A DNA stretch of 61,065 nucleotides, counting the filler. It is 6 parts of 6 records of this genome, joined end to end, with 100 filler letters (N's around TTAATTAATTAA, not from the genome) between each part and the next. Parts side by side here need not be neighbours in the genome. Positions count along the whole stretch, not along the records: positions 1 to 13,692 come from SRR31147125_14796; 5 more parts are not named here. One strand, given 5' to 3'. Shown here piece by piece: positions 1 through 8,773 of the stretch; positions within the stretch are counted from its first letter, which is position 1, and every line of letters starts with the position of its first letter. A program made the translations under genes and the position numbers. Below the pieces are notes generated by a model. It was not told the origin of the DNA, searched no databases, and worked only from the letters and a program-made list of their open reading frames with translations.

Positions 1-1
1 C

Positions 2-811
2 GATGCAATTATTCATGTTTTGCGTTGTTTTGAAAATGAAAACATTACTCATGTTGATGAGACAATTGATCCGGTTCGTGATAAGGAAACAATTGATCTT
101 GAGCTTCAGTTAAAAGATTTGGAAACTGTTGAGGCTCGTATTAGTAAGGTTGAAAAACAAGCAAGAACAGGAAATGACCCTGATGCTAAGCGGTTATTTA
201 AGATTCTGACTTTATATAAAGAAACATTATTGCAAGGAAAGTCGGCCAGAACTGTGGAACTTGATGATTCTGATCTGGCAATTGCTAAAGACTTACAACT
301 ACTTACAAATAAGCCGATATTATATATTTGTAATGTTGATGAACCAGCAGTAGTGAAAGGCAATGCATTTGTTGATGCTTTAAAAGAAACCATTAAGGAT
401 GAAAATGCTGAGATGCTTATGATTGCGGCAGCAACAGAAGCTGATATAGCTGAACTCGATGATTTTGATGAGCGTCAGATGTTTCTGGATGATCTTGGCC
501 TGGAAGAATCAGGTGTAGCCAAGTTGATCAAATCTGCATATAAATTGTTAGAGTTAGAGACTTACTTCACAGCAGGTGTAAAAGAAGTACGGGCATGGAC
601 ATACCATAAAGGTTACAAAGCACCGCAGGCAGCCGGAGTAATTCATACTGATTTTGAGAAAGGATTTATTCGTGCCGAGGTAATTAAGTATAGTGATTAT
701 GTCGAGCTTGGTTCAGAACAGGCATGTAAAGAAGCAGGTAAAATGGCAATTGAAGGAAAAGAATATGTGGTGCAAGATGGAGATGTAATGCATTTCAGAT
801 TTAATGTTTAG
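2..811 (+). CDS. ychF: Redox-regulated ATPase YchF (5'-truncated by window edge)
   Basis: Frame open from base 2 (DAIIHVLRCFEN). Contains TYFTAGVKEVRAWT, APQAAGVIHTDFEKGFIRAEV and the C-terminal EGKEYVVQDGDVMHFRFNV typical of YchF. Confidence 0.97.
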   Translation, partial: DAIIHVLRCFENENITHVDETIDPVRDKETIDLELQLKDLETVEARISKVEKQARTGNDPDAKRLFKILTLYKETLLQGKSARTVELDDSDLAIAKDLQLLTNKPILYICNVDEPAVVKGNAFVDALKETIKDENAEMLMIAAATEADIAELDDFDERQMFLDDLGLEESGVAKLIKSAYKLLELETYFTAGVKEVRAWTYHKGYKAPQAAGVIHTDFEKGFIRAEVIKYSDYVELGSEQACKEAGKMAIEGKEYVVQDGDVMHFRFNV

Positions 812-835
812 AATATTTTAATTGCAAAAAGATAT

Positions 836-864
836 AAAAGACAGCTAAATGGTTGTCTTTTTTT
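836..864 (+). terminator. Rho-independent terminator after ychF
   Basis: aaaagacagc-taaatg-gttgtctttt stem followed by a T run. Confidence 0.7.
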
Positions 865-1191
865 ATTCATCATTGTTGCATTGAATAGAATGATGACTTC
901 GGGGGTGTTTGTGAAATTGACTATATTTTTCATGATCTTATCTTATTTATGATGGGGTGTTGATGTTTATTTTTATTTTTTAATGTTCGTTTATTGTTTT
1001 TTTGTGGGGGTGTACTTGAAAAATCTCATTTTCAAAATGAACAAAAACAATAGGCTATTTGTGTTATTTGTCAAATAAATGTGAATTTTATTAGATAAAT
1101 GTCAGTTTGAGTTTTAAAAATAGAACAAAACGATTATTTTTATCCGGATTATAAGGCTGAAGAAAAACGATTAATAAGTAAAAATATTTGT

Positions 1192-2871
1192 ATGTGTGGA
1201 TTTGTAGGTGTATTTGATTTAAAAGTTGATGCTCAGGAGTTGAGACCTCAGGTTCTGAAAATGTCAAAACGTATTCGTCATCGTGGACCGGATTGGTCAG
1301 GTGTATATTGCAATGAAAAAGCAATTCTTTCTCATGAAAGATTATCTATTGTTGATCCTGAATCAGGAGGACAGCCATTATATAGCGAAGATAAAAATTT
1401 GATTTTAGCCGTAAATGGCGAGATTTATAACCATAAGGAGATTCGTAGTAAATATGAAGGAAAATATAATTTCCAAACTGGTTCTGACTGTGAGGTAATT
1501 TTAGCTTTATATCAAGATAAAGGTGAAGAATTTCTGGAAGATCTTAATGGAATTTTTGCTTTTGCAATTTATGATCAGGAAAAAGATGAATATTTTATTG
1601 CACGCGATCATATTGGAATTATTCCTTTATATATGGGATGGGATGAGCATGGCAATTTTTATGTAGCTTCTGAATTAAAATCACTCGAAGGATACTGTAA
1701 AAAAATTGAGGAGTTCCCTCCAGCACATTATATGTCAAGTAAAGATGGCGAAATGAAGCGTTGGTGGACACGTGACTGGATGGATTACGAAAATGTAAAG
1801 GACAATGAAACCAGTATTGAAGATCTGAAAAAAGCAATGGAAGATGCTGTGCATCGCCAGCTAATGTCAGATGTTCCTTATGGCGTATTGCTTTCTGGAG
1901 GCTTAGATTCTTCAATTACTTCGGCTTTGGCCAAAAAATTCTCAGGAAAACGTGTTGAGGATGGTGATGAGAAAGATGCATGGTGGCCACAGCTTCATTC
2001 ATTTGTTATTGGATTGCATGGTTCACCAGATTTGGCTGCTGCAAAAAAGGTTGCAGATCATATTGGCTCAGTACACCATGAAATTACGTATAGTATTCAG
2101 GAAGGGCTTGATGCCATTCGTGACGTAATTTATCATATTGAGACTTACGATGTGACTACCATTCGTGCTTCAACTCCAATGTACATGTTGTCTCGTGTAA
2201 TTAAGTCAATGGGTATTAAAATGGTGTTGACAGGCGAAGGTGCTGATGAGATTTTTGGAGGATATTTATATTTTCATAAAGCACCAAATGCTGAAGAATT
2301 TCACAAAGAAACCCTTCGTAAAATTAGTAAGCTGAACCTGTATGACTGCTTAAGGGCAAACAAGTCATTGGCTGCATGGGGTGTTGAAGGGCGTGTGCCT
2401 TTTCTTGATAAAGAATTTATTGATGTGGCGATGCGACTTAATCCAAAAGACAAGATGGCTCGTGATGGGCGGATTGAAAAATGGGTTGTTCGTAAAGCGT
2501 TTGAAGATATTTTGCCAGAAAGTGTTACCTGGAGACAGAAAGAGCAATTCTCTGATGGAGTTGGATATGGTTGGATTGATACACTGAAGCAAATTGCAAG
2601 TGATCAGGTAACTGATGAAATGATGGAAAATGCAAAATTTCGTTTTCCAATTAATACACCGATGTCGAAGGAAGAGTATCATTACCGTACGATATTTGCG
2701 GAGCATTTTCCATCTGATGCGGCGGCATCTTGTGTGCCTTCTGTTCCATCTATTGCTTGTAGTACCGCTGAAGCCCTTGCGTGGGATGAGTCATTTCAGA
2801 ATAATGCAGATCCATCGGGGCGTGCTGTTAATTCAGTTCATGAGCAAGGAACTGTTTTTAAGAAAAAATAA
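1192..2871 (+). CDS. asnB: Asparagine synthase B (glutamine-hydrolysing)
   Basis: N-terminal MCG (Ntn Cys2), RHRGPDWSG, NGEIYNH, LLSGGLDSS, GEGADEIFGGY, RQKEQFSDGVG. Confidence 0.97.
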   Translation: MCGFVGVFDLKVDAQELRPQVLKMSKRIRHRGPDWSGVYCNEKAILSHERLSIVDPESGGQPLYSEDKNLILAVNGEIYNHKEIRSKYEGKYNFQTGSDCEVILALYQDKGEEFLEDLNGIFAFAIYDQEKDEYFIARDHIGIIPLYMGWDEHGNFYVASELKSLEGYCKKIEEFPPAHYMSSKDGEMKRWWTRDWMDYENVKDNETSIEDLKKAMEDAVHRQLMSDVPYGVLLSGGLDSSITSALAKKFSGKRVEDGDEKDAWWPQLHSFVIGLHGSPDLAAAKKVADHIGSVHHEITYSIQEGLDAIRDVIYHIETYDVTTIRASTPMYMLSRVIKSMGIKMVLTGEGADEIFGGYLYFHKAPNAEEFHKETLRKISKLNLYDCLRANKSLAAWGVEGRVPFLDKEFIDVAMRLNPKDKMARDGRIEKWVVRKAFEDILPESVTWRQKEQFSDGVGYGWIDTLKQIASDQVTDEMMENAKFRFPINTPMSKEEYHYRTIFAEHFPSDAAASCVPSVPSIACSTAEALAWDESFQNNADPSGRAVNSVHEQGTVFKKK

Positions 2872-2895
2872 AATCAAAACCCATAAAATAAGTTT

Positions 2896-2935
2896 GGCCG
2901 GAAACACGAGTTGTTTACCGGCCTTTTACTTTTTA
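2896..2935 (+). terminator. Probable terminator between convergent asnB and the downstream gene
   Basis: ggccggaaac...gtttaccggcc imperfect stem followed by T-rich tract. Confidence 0.55.
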
Positions 2936-2986
2936 TAAGGTGTATTTTTTCTTTTTTATGCTTAGAGAGTTTCGGGTTGATAATCT

Positions 2987-4228
2987 TTAATTTTTGCTTC
3001 TTGAAAAGTTTGTTTGATAGAATTGAGTATTCTCTGAGTCCTTCAGTACAAGGTGGTCAATTTTTCCTGTGCCGTAGAAATAGTAAATAACTCCAAGTAA
3101 ATTCCCAAGGCTCTGTTTATATTCTTCACTAAAAACCAAATCATCTGCCAGATAAAGATTAAAATTGCCGTTTTCGGTTTTCATCATAATATCGAGCCAG
3201 TCAGACATGTCGACAGATAAAGGACTTAAGTCGCAGTATTTTCCATCAAAGTGTTTTTCAGAAATTTGCAAACTTGCATAACGGGAGCATTTTGGTTGGG
3301 TAAATTTAAAATCGATTGTGCCTGATTCGCCAATTAGCGATATCCCAATATCATAACATGAAAAACTTCCAGTCATTGCATTGTTTTGGACGCGAGTTTC
3401 AAGAATAAGCTTATCCAGACTTTTGTTAAAAGAGGAAAAGTATCTATAGCATGTGTAGTAATTCTGCTTTAAATCAATATCCTCATTTTTTAATAATTCT
3501 GGAGTAGCATAAAAATGATCAAGTTGGCGAAAGGATTGCTGATCATAAAAGGGTTGAAACTCTTTAGGCGAATCATTTGGGAAGAAACCAGCTTGCCAAT
3601 CCCTGCAATTAACCGTAATTCTTAAACTGTCCAGAACTTTAGATCGTGTTTTTAATACGACATTATAAACTCCAGCTTTTTGATAAAAGAAATTAATCAT
3701 TGATCGGCTAGGTGCAAGGTATGTTTCTCTTTCATTTTCGAAAATTGCAAAAACACTGTCCTTATAATCTGTTATGTCATAGTGAAAAGTTGCAGTGTAG
3801 GGATAATAATCAATAGCGTTTTTACACGAAAATGAGTGATGCTTTGGTATGTTTAAAAAGCTTATTAATATTATAATTCCAATTATAAATGAAACAGAAA
3901 TGAATCGATTCAATTTTTTTGTTTTTTTTTGAATTTTTTTTCGGAATAAGTTTTTTCTAAGTGACCGATTTTTAGGGGTGCTTGTGAACTTAATTAGTGC
4001 TAATTTACTATATGCTTGAGGTTGGTAATTTTCAGTGTCAACTTTACGTTTGCCAAATATTCGTTTTAAAGTTTCTTCACTAATACGATCACCTGTTTCA
4101 TCCAGAATCGCCTTGCTTAGCTCCTTGAAATGGTAATTAGTCCATTCGGATGGAGATCCCCAATTATATCTTTGAGTAATTGCTAACGTAATTTCTTCTA
4201 AGTCGAATTCTTTCATGTCGAATTTCAA
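2987..4228 (-). CDS. Hypothetical membrane-anchored protein: N-terminal HTH-like domain, one TM helix, PKD-like plus beta-sandwich extracytoplasmic region
   Basis: 413-aa ORF. N-terminal WGSPSEWTNYHFKELS...ISEETLKRIFGK, Lys/Arg-rich linker, TM FISVSFIIGIIILISFL, PKD-like FFYQKAGVYNVVL. Real start may be ATG 4216. Confidence 0.7.
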   Translation of the reverse strand: MKFDMKEFDLEEITLAITQRYNWGSPSEWTNYHFKELSKAILDETGDRISEETLKRIFGKRKVDTENYQPQAYSKLALIKFTSTPKNRSLRKNLFRKKIQKKTKKLNRFISVSFIIGIIILISFLNIPKHHSFSCKNAIDYYPYTATFHYDITDYKDSVFAIFENERETYLAPSRSMINFFYQKAGVYNVVLKTRSKVLDSLRITVNCRDWQAGFFPNDSPKEFQPFYDQQSFRQLDHFYATPELLKNEDIDLKQNYYTCYRYFSSFNKSLDKLILETRVQNNAMTGSFSCYDIGISLIGESGTIDFKFTQPKCSRYASLQISEKHFDGKYCDLSPLSVDMSDWLDIMMKTENGNFNLYLADDLVFSEEYKQSLGNLLGVIYYFYGTGKIDHLVLKDSENTQFYQTNFSRSKN

Positions 4229-4395
4229 TCGTCTGATTGTTAGTCTTGTATGCGATGACTAAAAATGCGCAAGTCTGCTTTTTAACTTGCCTAATAAAGA
4301 ATTGTCAATACTTTACATGATAGTCTACCTTTAATATCTTAATTACAGAAGACAAAGGTCAATTACAAAAATATCAAAATTATTCAGAAGCAAAA

Positions 4396-5646
4396 TTGAA
4401 TATGCAACTTTCTAAAAATCTTACAACTATATCCAGTCGGGGCTTTTCTAAAACGATCTTGGGCTTGGGGCTAATGATGTTTATGCAGTATATGATGTTT
4501 GCTGTCTGGTGGGTTCCTTTAGCAGCCTACCTAACTAAAATGGGAATTGGGGATGTGCAAAAGTCGCTGATATTAAGCTCTATGGCTTTTGGTTGTATTG
4601 CAGCACCATTTGTCGGAATGTTAGCTGATCGATTTTTTAAAGGGCAATATGTTTTAGCATTCTGCAATCTGGCAACCAGTGTCTTGTTGTTGTTTGCTGG
4701 TATTACAGTCAATCCTGTACTGTTGTTTTTGTATTTAATGTTGGCGATGGTTTTTTATATGCCATCATGGGGATTAACAAGTTCTATTGCCATGACACAC
4801 CTTCCTTCCGAAATATTTGCAAGGGTTCGTGTTTTTGGGTCAATAGGATGGGTTGTTTCAGGTGTTTTTAGTCTATTCTTTGTGCGTGTTTTGCATTTAG
4901 AGTTTGATGGTTCTTATTTTCCATTTTATTGTGCATCGGCAATAGCTTTTATTGCTTTTCTAATGAATCTTGGATTACCAAATACACCTCCGCAATCAAA
5001 AGGAAAATCTGTTTCAATAACTGGTCTACTTGGATTAAGAACATTGAAATTAATGAAAGACCGGAATTTCTTTTGGTTTATAATATTGTCGTTTTTATCT
5101 ATGATTCCATTTGCAATGTATTGGTCATACGGATCAGAATTTTTATTGGATAGGGGATTTCAATACATAAGTATAACAATGAATTTAGGTCAATTATTTG
5201 AGATGTTGTTTTTGGTTTCTGTGCCGATCATTGTGCGGAATTATGGATTAAGGGGAACTATGATCTTAGGACTTGTGGCTATGTTGATTCGCTATTTGGC
5301 ATTTTTCATTGGATCAACAACCGAAAGTAGTATTTTCTACATGATGGGGATTGTAGTACATGGATTGGTTTTTGGGTATTTTTATTTAGGTGGGCAAATG
5401 TACATTGAGCAAAAAGCACCAAAAGAACTTAAATCCGAAGGACAAGGTTTTATATTTTTAGTAACCTTTGGTTTGGGTTTAATTGCGGGTAACTTCATTA
5501 ATGGTAAGATTATTCGTATTTTTTCAGATAGTTCGGGTGCAAATAAGCTGTATGATTGGGATATGATATGGTCAATCACCACTGGCTTGTCGCTGTTGTT
5601 ACTTGTTTCTTTTATGATTCTATTTCGCAAAGAGAAAATAGCTTAG
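4396..5646 (+). CDS. MFS transporter, nucleoside:H+ symporter (NupG/XapB/YegT-like) family
   Basis: About 12 hydrophobic helices; LMMFMQY..FAVW, GMLADRFF, FARVRVFGSIGW, GQLFEMLF, GIVVHGLVFGYF. Confidence 0.85.
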   Translation: MNMQLSKNLTTISSRGFSKTILGLGLMMFMQYMMFAVWWVPLAAYLTKMGIGDVQKSLILSSMAFGCIAAPFVGMLADRFFKGQYVLAFCNLATSVLLLFAGITVNPVLLFLYLMLAMVFYMPSWGLTSSIAMTHLPSEIFARVRVFGSIGWVVSGVFSLFFVRVLHLEFDGSYFPFYCASAIAFIAFLMNLGLPNTPPQSKGKSVSITGLLGLRTLKLMKDRNFFWFIILSFLSMIPFAMYWSYGSEFLLDRGFQYISITMNLGQLFEMLFLVSVPIIVRNYGLRGTMILGLVAMLIRYLAFFIGSTTESSIFYMMGIVVHGLVFGYFYLGGQMYIEQKAPKELKSEGQGFIFLVTFGLGLIAGNFINGKIIRIFSDSSGANKLYDWDMIWSITTGLSLLLLVSFMILFRKEKIA

Positions 5647-5702
5647 CAATAAAATTATTAAGATATGATGAGTTTTACAGAAACTAAATAAACCTATATA
5701 GT

Positions 5703-7229
5703 ATGAATAATTTAAAAGAAACTGAATGGAGAAAGTTTTTTATTACCGTTTTACGAATCGCTATTGGATGGCATTTTTTATACGAAGGTGTTTCAAAACT
5801 ATTGACTGAGAATTGGACTGCTGCTCATTTTTTAGGTAATTCAAATAGCTTTTTGTCTGGGTTTTATAAATGGTTGGCTTCTCCGGAAATTATTGGTGTT
5901 ATTGATTTCCTGAATATTTTCGGATTAATCATCATTGGCTTGGCATTATTTGTTGGATTGTTTGTTCGATATGCAGCCTTGGGAGGGGTATTGCTTTTAT
6001 CTTTATATTATTTTGCATACCCTCCGTTTGGCGCTTCGTTGATGATGCAATCTGAAGGTTCGTTGTATATTGTAAACAAGATTTTTATTGAAGCAACGAT
6101 CCTGTTTGTATTTCTTTTTCTAAAAGAAAGGGGATACGGATTAGATGGTTTTTTGAAGCTTCGCAAAGTAGGGTATATAAAATCAAGCAGCCCTGAAAAA
6201 CAAACTGAGACAAATACTCGTCGTGAAGCTTTAAAAAATTTAGCAACAATCCCAGTTCTGGGTGTAGTTGGGTTCGGTGCACTTCAAAGTCAGAAAAAGT
6301 ACAAGGTAGATGTAACTTCTGGTGCAACAATACAGGTAAAACAAGCTTCTTTGAGTGATTTGAAAGGGGAGCTTCCTAAGGGGAAAATTGGGGAACATGA
6401 ACTTGGGCGTTTAGTGGCTGGAGGAAATCTGATTGGAGGTTGGGCGCATGCTCGGGATTTGGTTTATGTGCCTTCTCTTTTTAAAGCATATAATACTGAG
6501 AAAAAAGTGTTTGAAACATTAATGCTTGCAGAGCAGGCGGGTATCGATACCATCAATATTGGTTTTCCTTCAAACCCTCTTCTTCAAAAATATAAAGCAG
6601 TAACAGGAAGTAAAATAAAAATCATTTCGCAGGTAGGACCAGATATGAAAAATGAGGATTATGGGTTGAATATTAACAAGGCTATTGATTACGGGGTTGA
6701 TATTATTCAGATACAGGGGAATTGGTGTGACTGGTTGGTTCGCGATGGGAAAATTGAAGTTGTTGGGAAAATGCTGGATATTATAAGAGAACAAGGATAC
6801 ACTGCTGGTTTAGCTTCGCACACTGTTGATGCTCTAATTGCTTGCGAAGATCAGGGCATTATTCCAGATTATTATATGAAAACCATGCATCACGATCAGT
6901 ATTGGTCTGCTCACCCAAGGGAGAATCGAGTTCCGTTTGAAGTTGATGGGAAAAACCATCTTGATCACAATAAATTCCACAATAACATTTTTTGCCTTTT
7001 CCCTGATCGAACAATTGAGTTTGTGAACCGGGTGAAAGTTCCTGTAATGGGATTTAAAGTTTTGGCTGCTGGAGCAATTGAGCCTGAGGATGGATTTAAA
7101 TGGGCATTTGAGAATGGTGCTGATTTTATTTGCGTGGGAATGTTCGACTTTCAAATTGTAAATGACGTTAATATCACCATTGATACTCTTAATAATTTAA
7201 CGAACCGAAAACGAGAGTGGTTTGGGTAA
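5703..7229 (+). CDS. Fusion: DoxX/DoxD-like 4-TM domain + internal twin-arginine helix + aldo/keto-reductase-like barrel
   Basis: LRIAIGWHFLYEGVSKL (DoxX), TRREALK at aa 172-178, C-terminal LPKGKIG..LGRLVAGGN...FKVLAAG...FICVGMFDFQ. Confidence 0.8.
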   Translation: MNNLKETEWRKFFITVLRIAIGWHFLYEGVSKLLTENWTAAHFLGNSNSFLSGFYKWLASPEIIGVIDFLNIFGLIIIGLALFVGLFVRYAALGGVLLLSLYYFAYPPFGASLMMQSEGSLYIVNKIFIEATILFVFLFLKERGYGLDGFLKLRKVGYIKSSSPEKQTETNTRREALKNLATIPVLGVVGFGALQSQKKYKVDVTSGATIQVKQASLSDLKGELPKGKIGEHELGRLVAGGNLIGGWAHARDLVYVPSLFKAYNTEKKVFETLMLAEQAGIDTINIGFPSNPLLQKYKAVTGSKIKIISQVGPDMKNEDYGLNINKAIDYGVDIIQIQGNWCDWLVRDGKIEVVGKMLDIIREQGYTAGLASHTVDALIACEDQGIIPDYYMKTMHHDQYWSAHPRENRVPFEVDGKNHLDHNKFHNNIFCLFPDRTIEFVNRVKVPVMGFKVLAAGAIEPEDGFKWAFENGADFICVGMFDFQIVNDVNITIDTLNNLTNRKREWFG

Positions 7230-7248
7230 ATAGCTAATTTGAGCATAT

Positions 7249-7283
7249 AAAAAAGGGGATAATGTTTAAATTAATCCCCTTTG
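7249..7283. terminator. Probable bidirectional terminator between convergent genes
   Basis: aaaggggat...atccccttt inverted repeat. Confidence 0.6.
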
Positions 7284-7305
7284 TTACATATGGCTGATGT
7301 TAAAT

Positions 7306-8604
7306 TTATTTTTCTCTAAATAGATGTACGAATCCGTGTGCCCATCGTTTTTTATCGTCTCTACCGCTTGCTTCAACTACATAGTAATAAACACCCGGGC
7401 TTGCCATTCTACCTCCAATTTTCCCATCCCAGGCTGATTCTGAAACCGTTGTTTCAAAACCACGAACATTATCGTTTTTCCATTGGTGAACTTTCTTGCC
7501 CCAACGATTGAAAATGTTAATCTTAATTTCTTTTACCGACCAATATTTAATGACAAACTCATCGTTACTACCGTCCCCATTAGGGGTGAAAACATTGGGT
7601 GCATCAATGAATGATGTATCGGCAACAATATAATTGTCAAGATAAAAAGTATCAGTACACGTATTAAATTCGTTTTGTTTGCTTGTGACCAGTTTTACCT
7701 GATATGTACCTGAATTTTCAAAAGTATAAACTGGATTTTCGTCAAGATTATTTCGATCCATAATGCTATCCTCTACAGCAATGCCTGTTTCTTCTGCTTC
7801 TTTTTTCATTTCCAGAAGATCTCTGAAAAAAAACCACTCAAAGCTATCCGCATCCGCATTTTCAGATTCATTGGTGAAAGTAACTTCTAATGGAGCTTCT
7901 CCACTTATGGGGCTGGCAACAAAAGAGGCTTTCGTGACAATTGAAGTATAGGTAATTGAAGTTTCTCCTTCGCAGCCAAAGCGATCATAAACGACAAGCA
8001 TATAATCTGTGTCAGTAGTTGGAGGATTAAAAATACTAGTTGAGATAACTGTTGAAATTGAATTTCCTTCTTCTTCCCAACGAACTTGTACATCTTTAAA
8101 TACTGACAATGGGTTTCCGTTGCTTAAATCGAAATAGCTTAAGTTGGCTTGTGTGAAAGATCCACCAAGCTCAAAGTAGTCACAGTTTGTGACAGGGATT
8201 TCAGCAACCGGAGTATACCAGTTATTAAACACCCACGCTGTATAAGTTTCAGTATTTCCACCTGAAGTGACATTAACCCGATAAGCTCCATTGTGTAAAC
8301 TGCTAATAGCTGAAGATGTCGCTCCTGAATTATCAGTTTGAAAGGCTTCGAAGTTTTTAGTGGTGATATTGTATTTTAACCATTCATAATCAGCTCCTGC
8401 TCCAGAAGAGAAAGTCGCAGAAAGGCTGGCAATAACTTCATTTACACTTGTGCAAAAGATGTGGATATTATCTTGCGATCCTGAGCTATATTCTGTTTGA
8501 ATAGTAGCATCAGATTCTGCAGTTATTTGAGCTTTAAGACTTGTTGCAATCAGAAGAAAAGCAATCAGAAAAAAACAGTTTTGTATTCTTAAGTACTTCA
8601 TCAA
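7306..8604 (-). CDS. T9SS type-B sorting (gliding motility-associated C-terminal, CHU_C) domain protein with PKD domain
   Basis: Signal peptide; PKD SGEAPLEVTFTNES...YTFENSGTYQVKL; C-terminal PNVFTPNGDGSNDEF...IFNRWG...WDGK...GVYYYVV...GFVHLFR. Confidence 0.9.
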   Translation of the reverse strand: MMKYLRIQNCFFLIAFLLIATSLKAQITAESDATIQTEYSSGSQDNIHIFCTSVNEVIASLSATFSSGAGADYEWLKYNITTKNFEAFQTDNSGATSSAISSLHNGAYRVNVTSGGNTETYTAWVFNNWYTPVAEIPVTNCDYFELGGSFTQANLSYFDLSNGNPLSVFKDVQVRWEEEGNSISTVISTSIFNPPTTDTDYMLVVYDRFGCEGETSITYTSIVTKASFVASPISGEAPLEVTFTNESENADADSFEWFFFRDLLEMKKEAEETGIAVEDSIMDRNNLDENPVYTFENSGTYQVKLVTSKQNEFNTCTDTFYLDNYIVADTSFIDAPNVFTPNGDGSNDEFVIKYWSVKEIKINIFNRWGKKVHQWKNDNVRGFETTVSESAWDGKIGGRMASPGVYYYVVEASGRDDKKRWAHGFVHLFREK

Positions 8605-8773
8605 TATTCAACTTGAAATTTTATGACAATACAATGTTAACGCTAAAAATTGAAATATCTTTTACCAGCACTTCATTTTTTCAAGAACAATTTTGTTGAA
8701 AACTAGCTGTATGCTCATTCGTTGAAACTGAAAAAATGCTTTTACTTTTGAAGCTCACTTTGAAAATTGAAGG

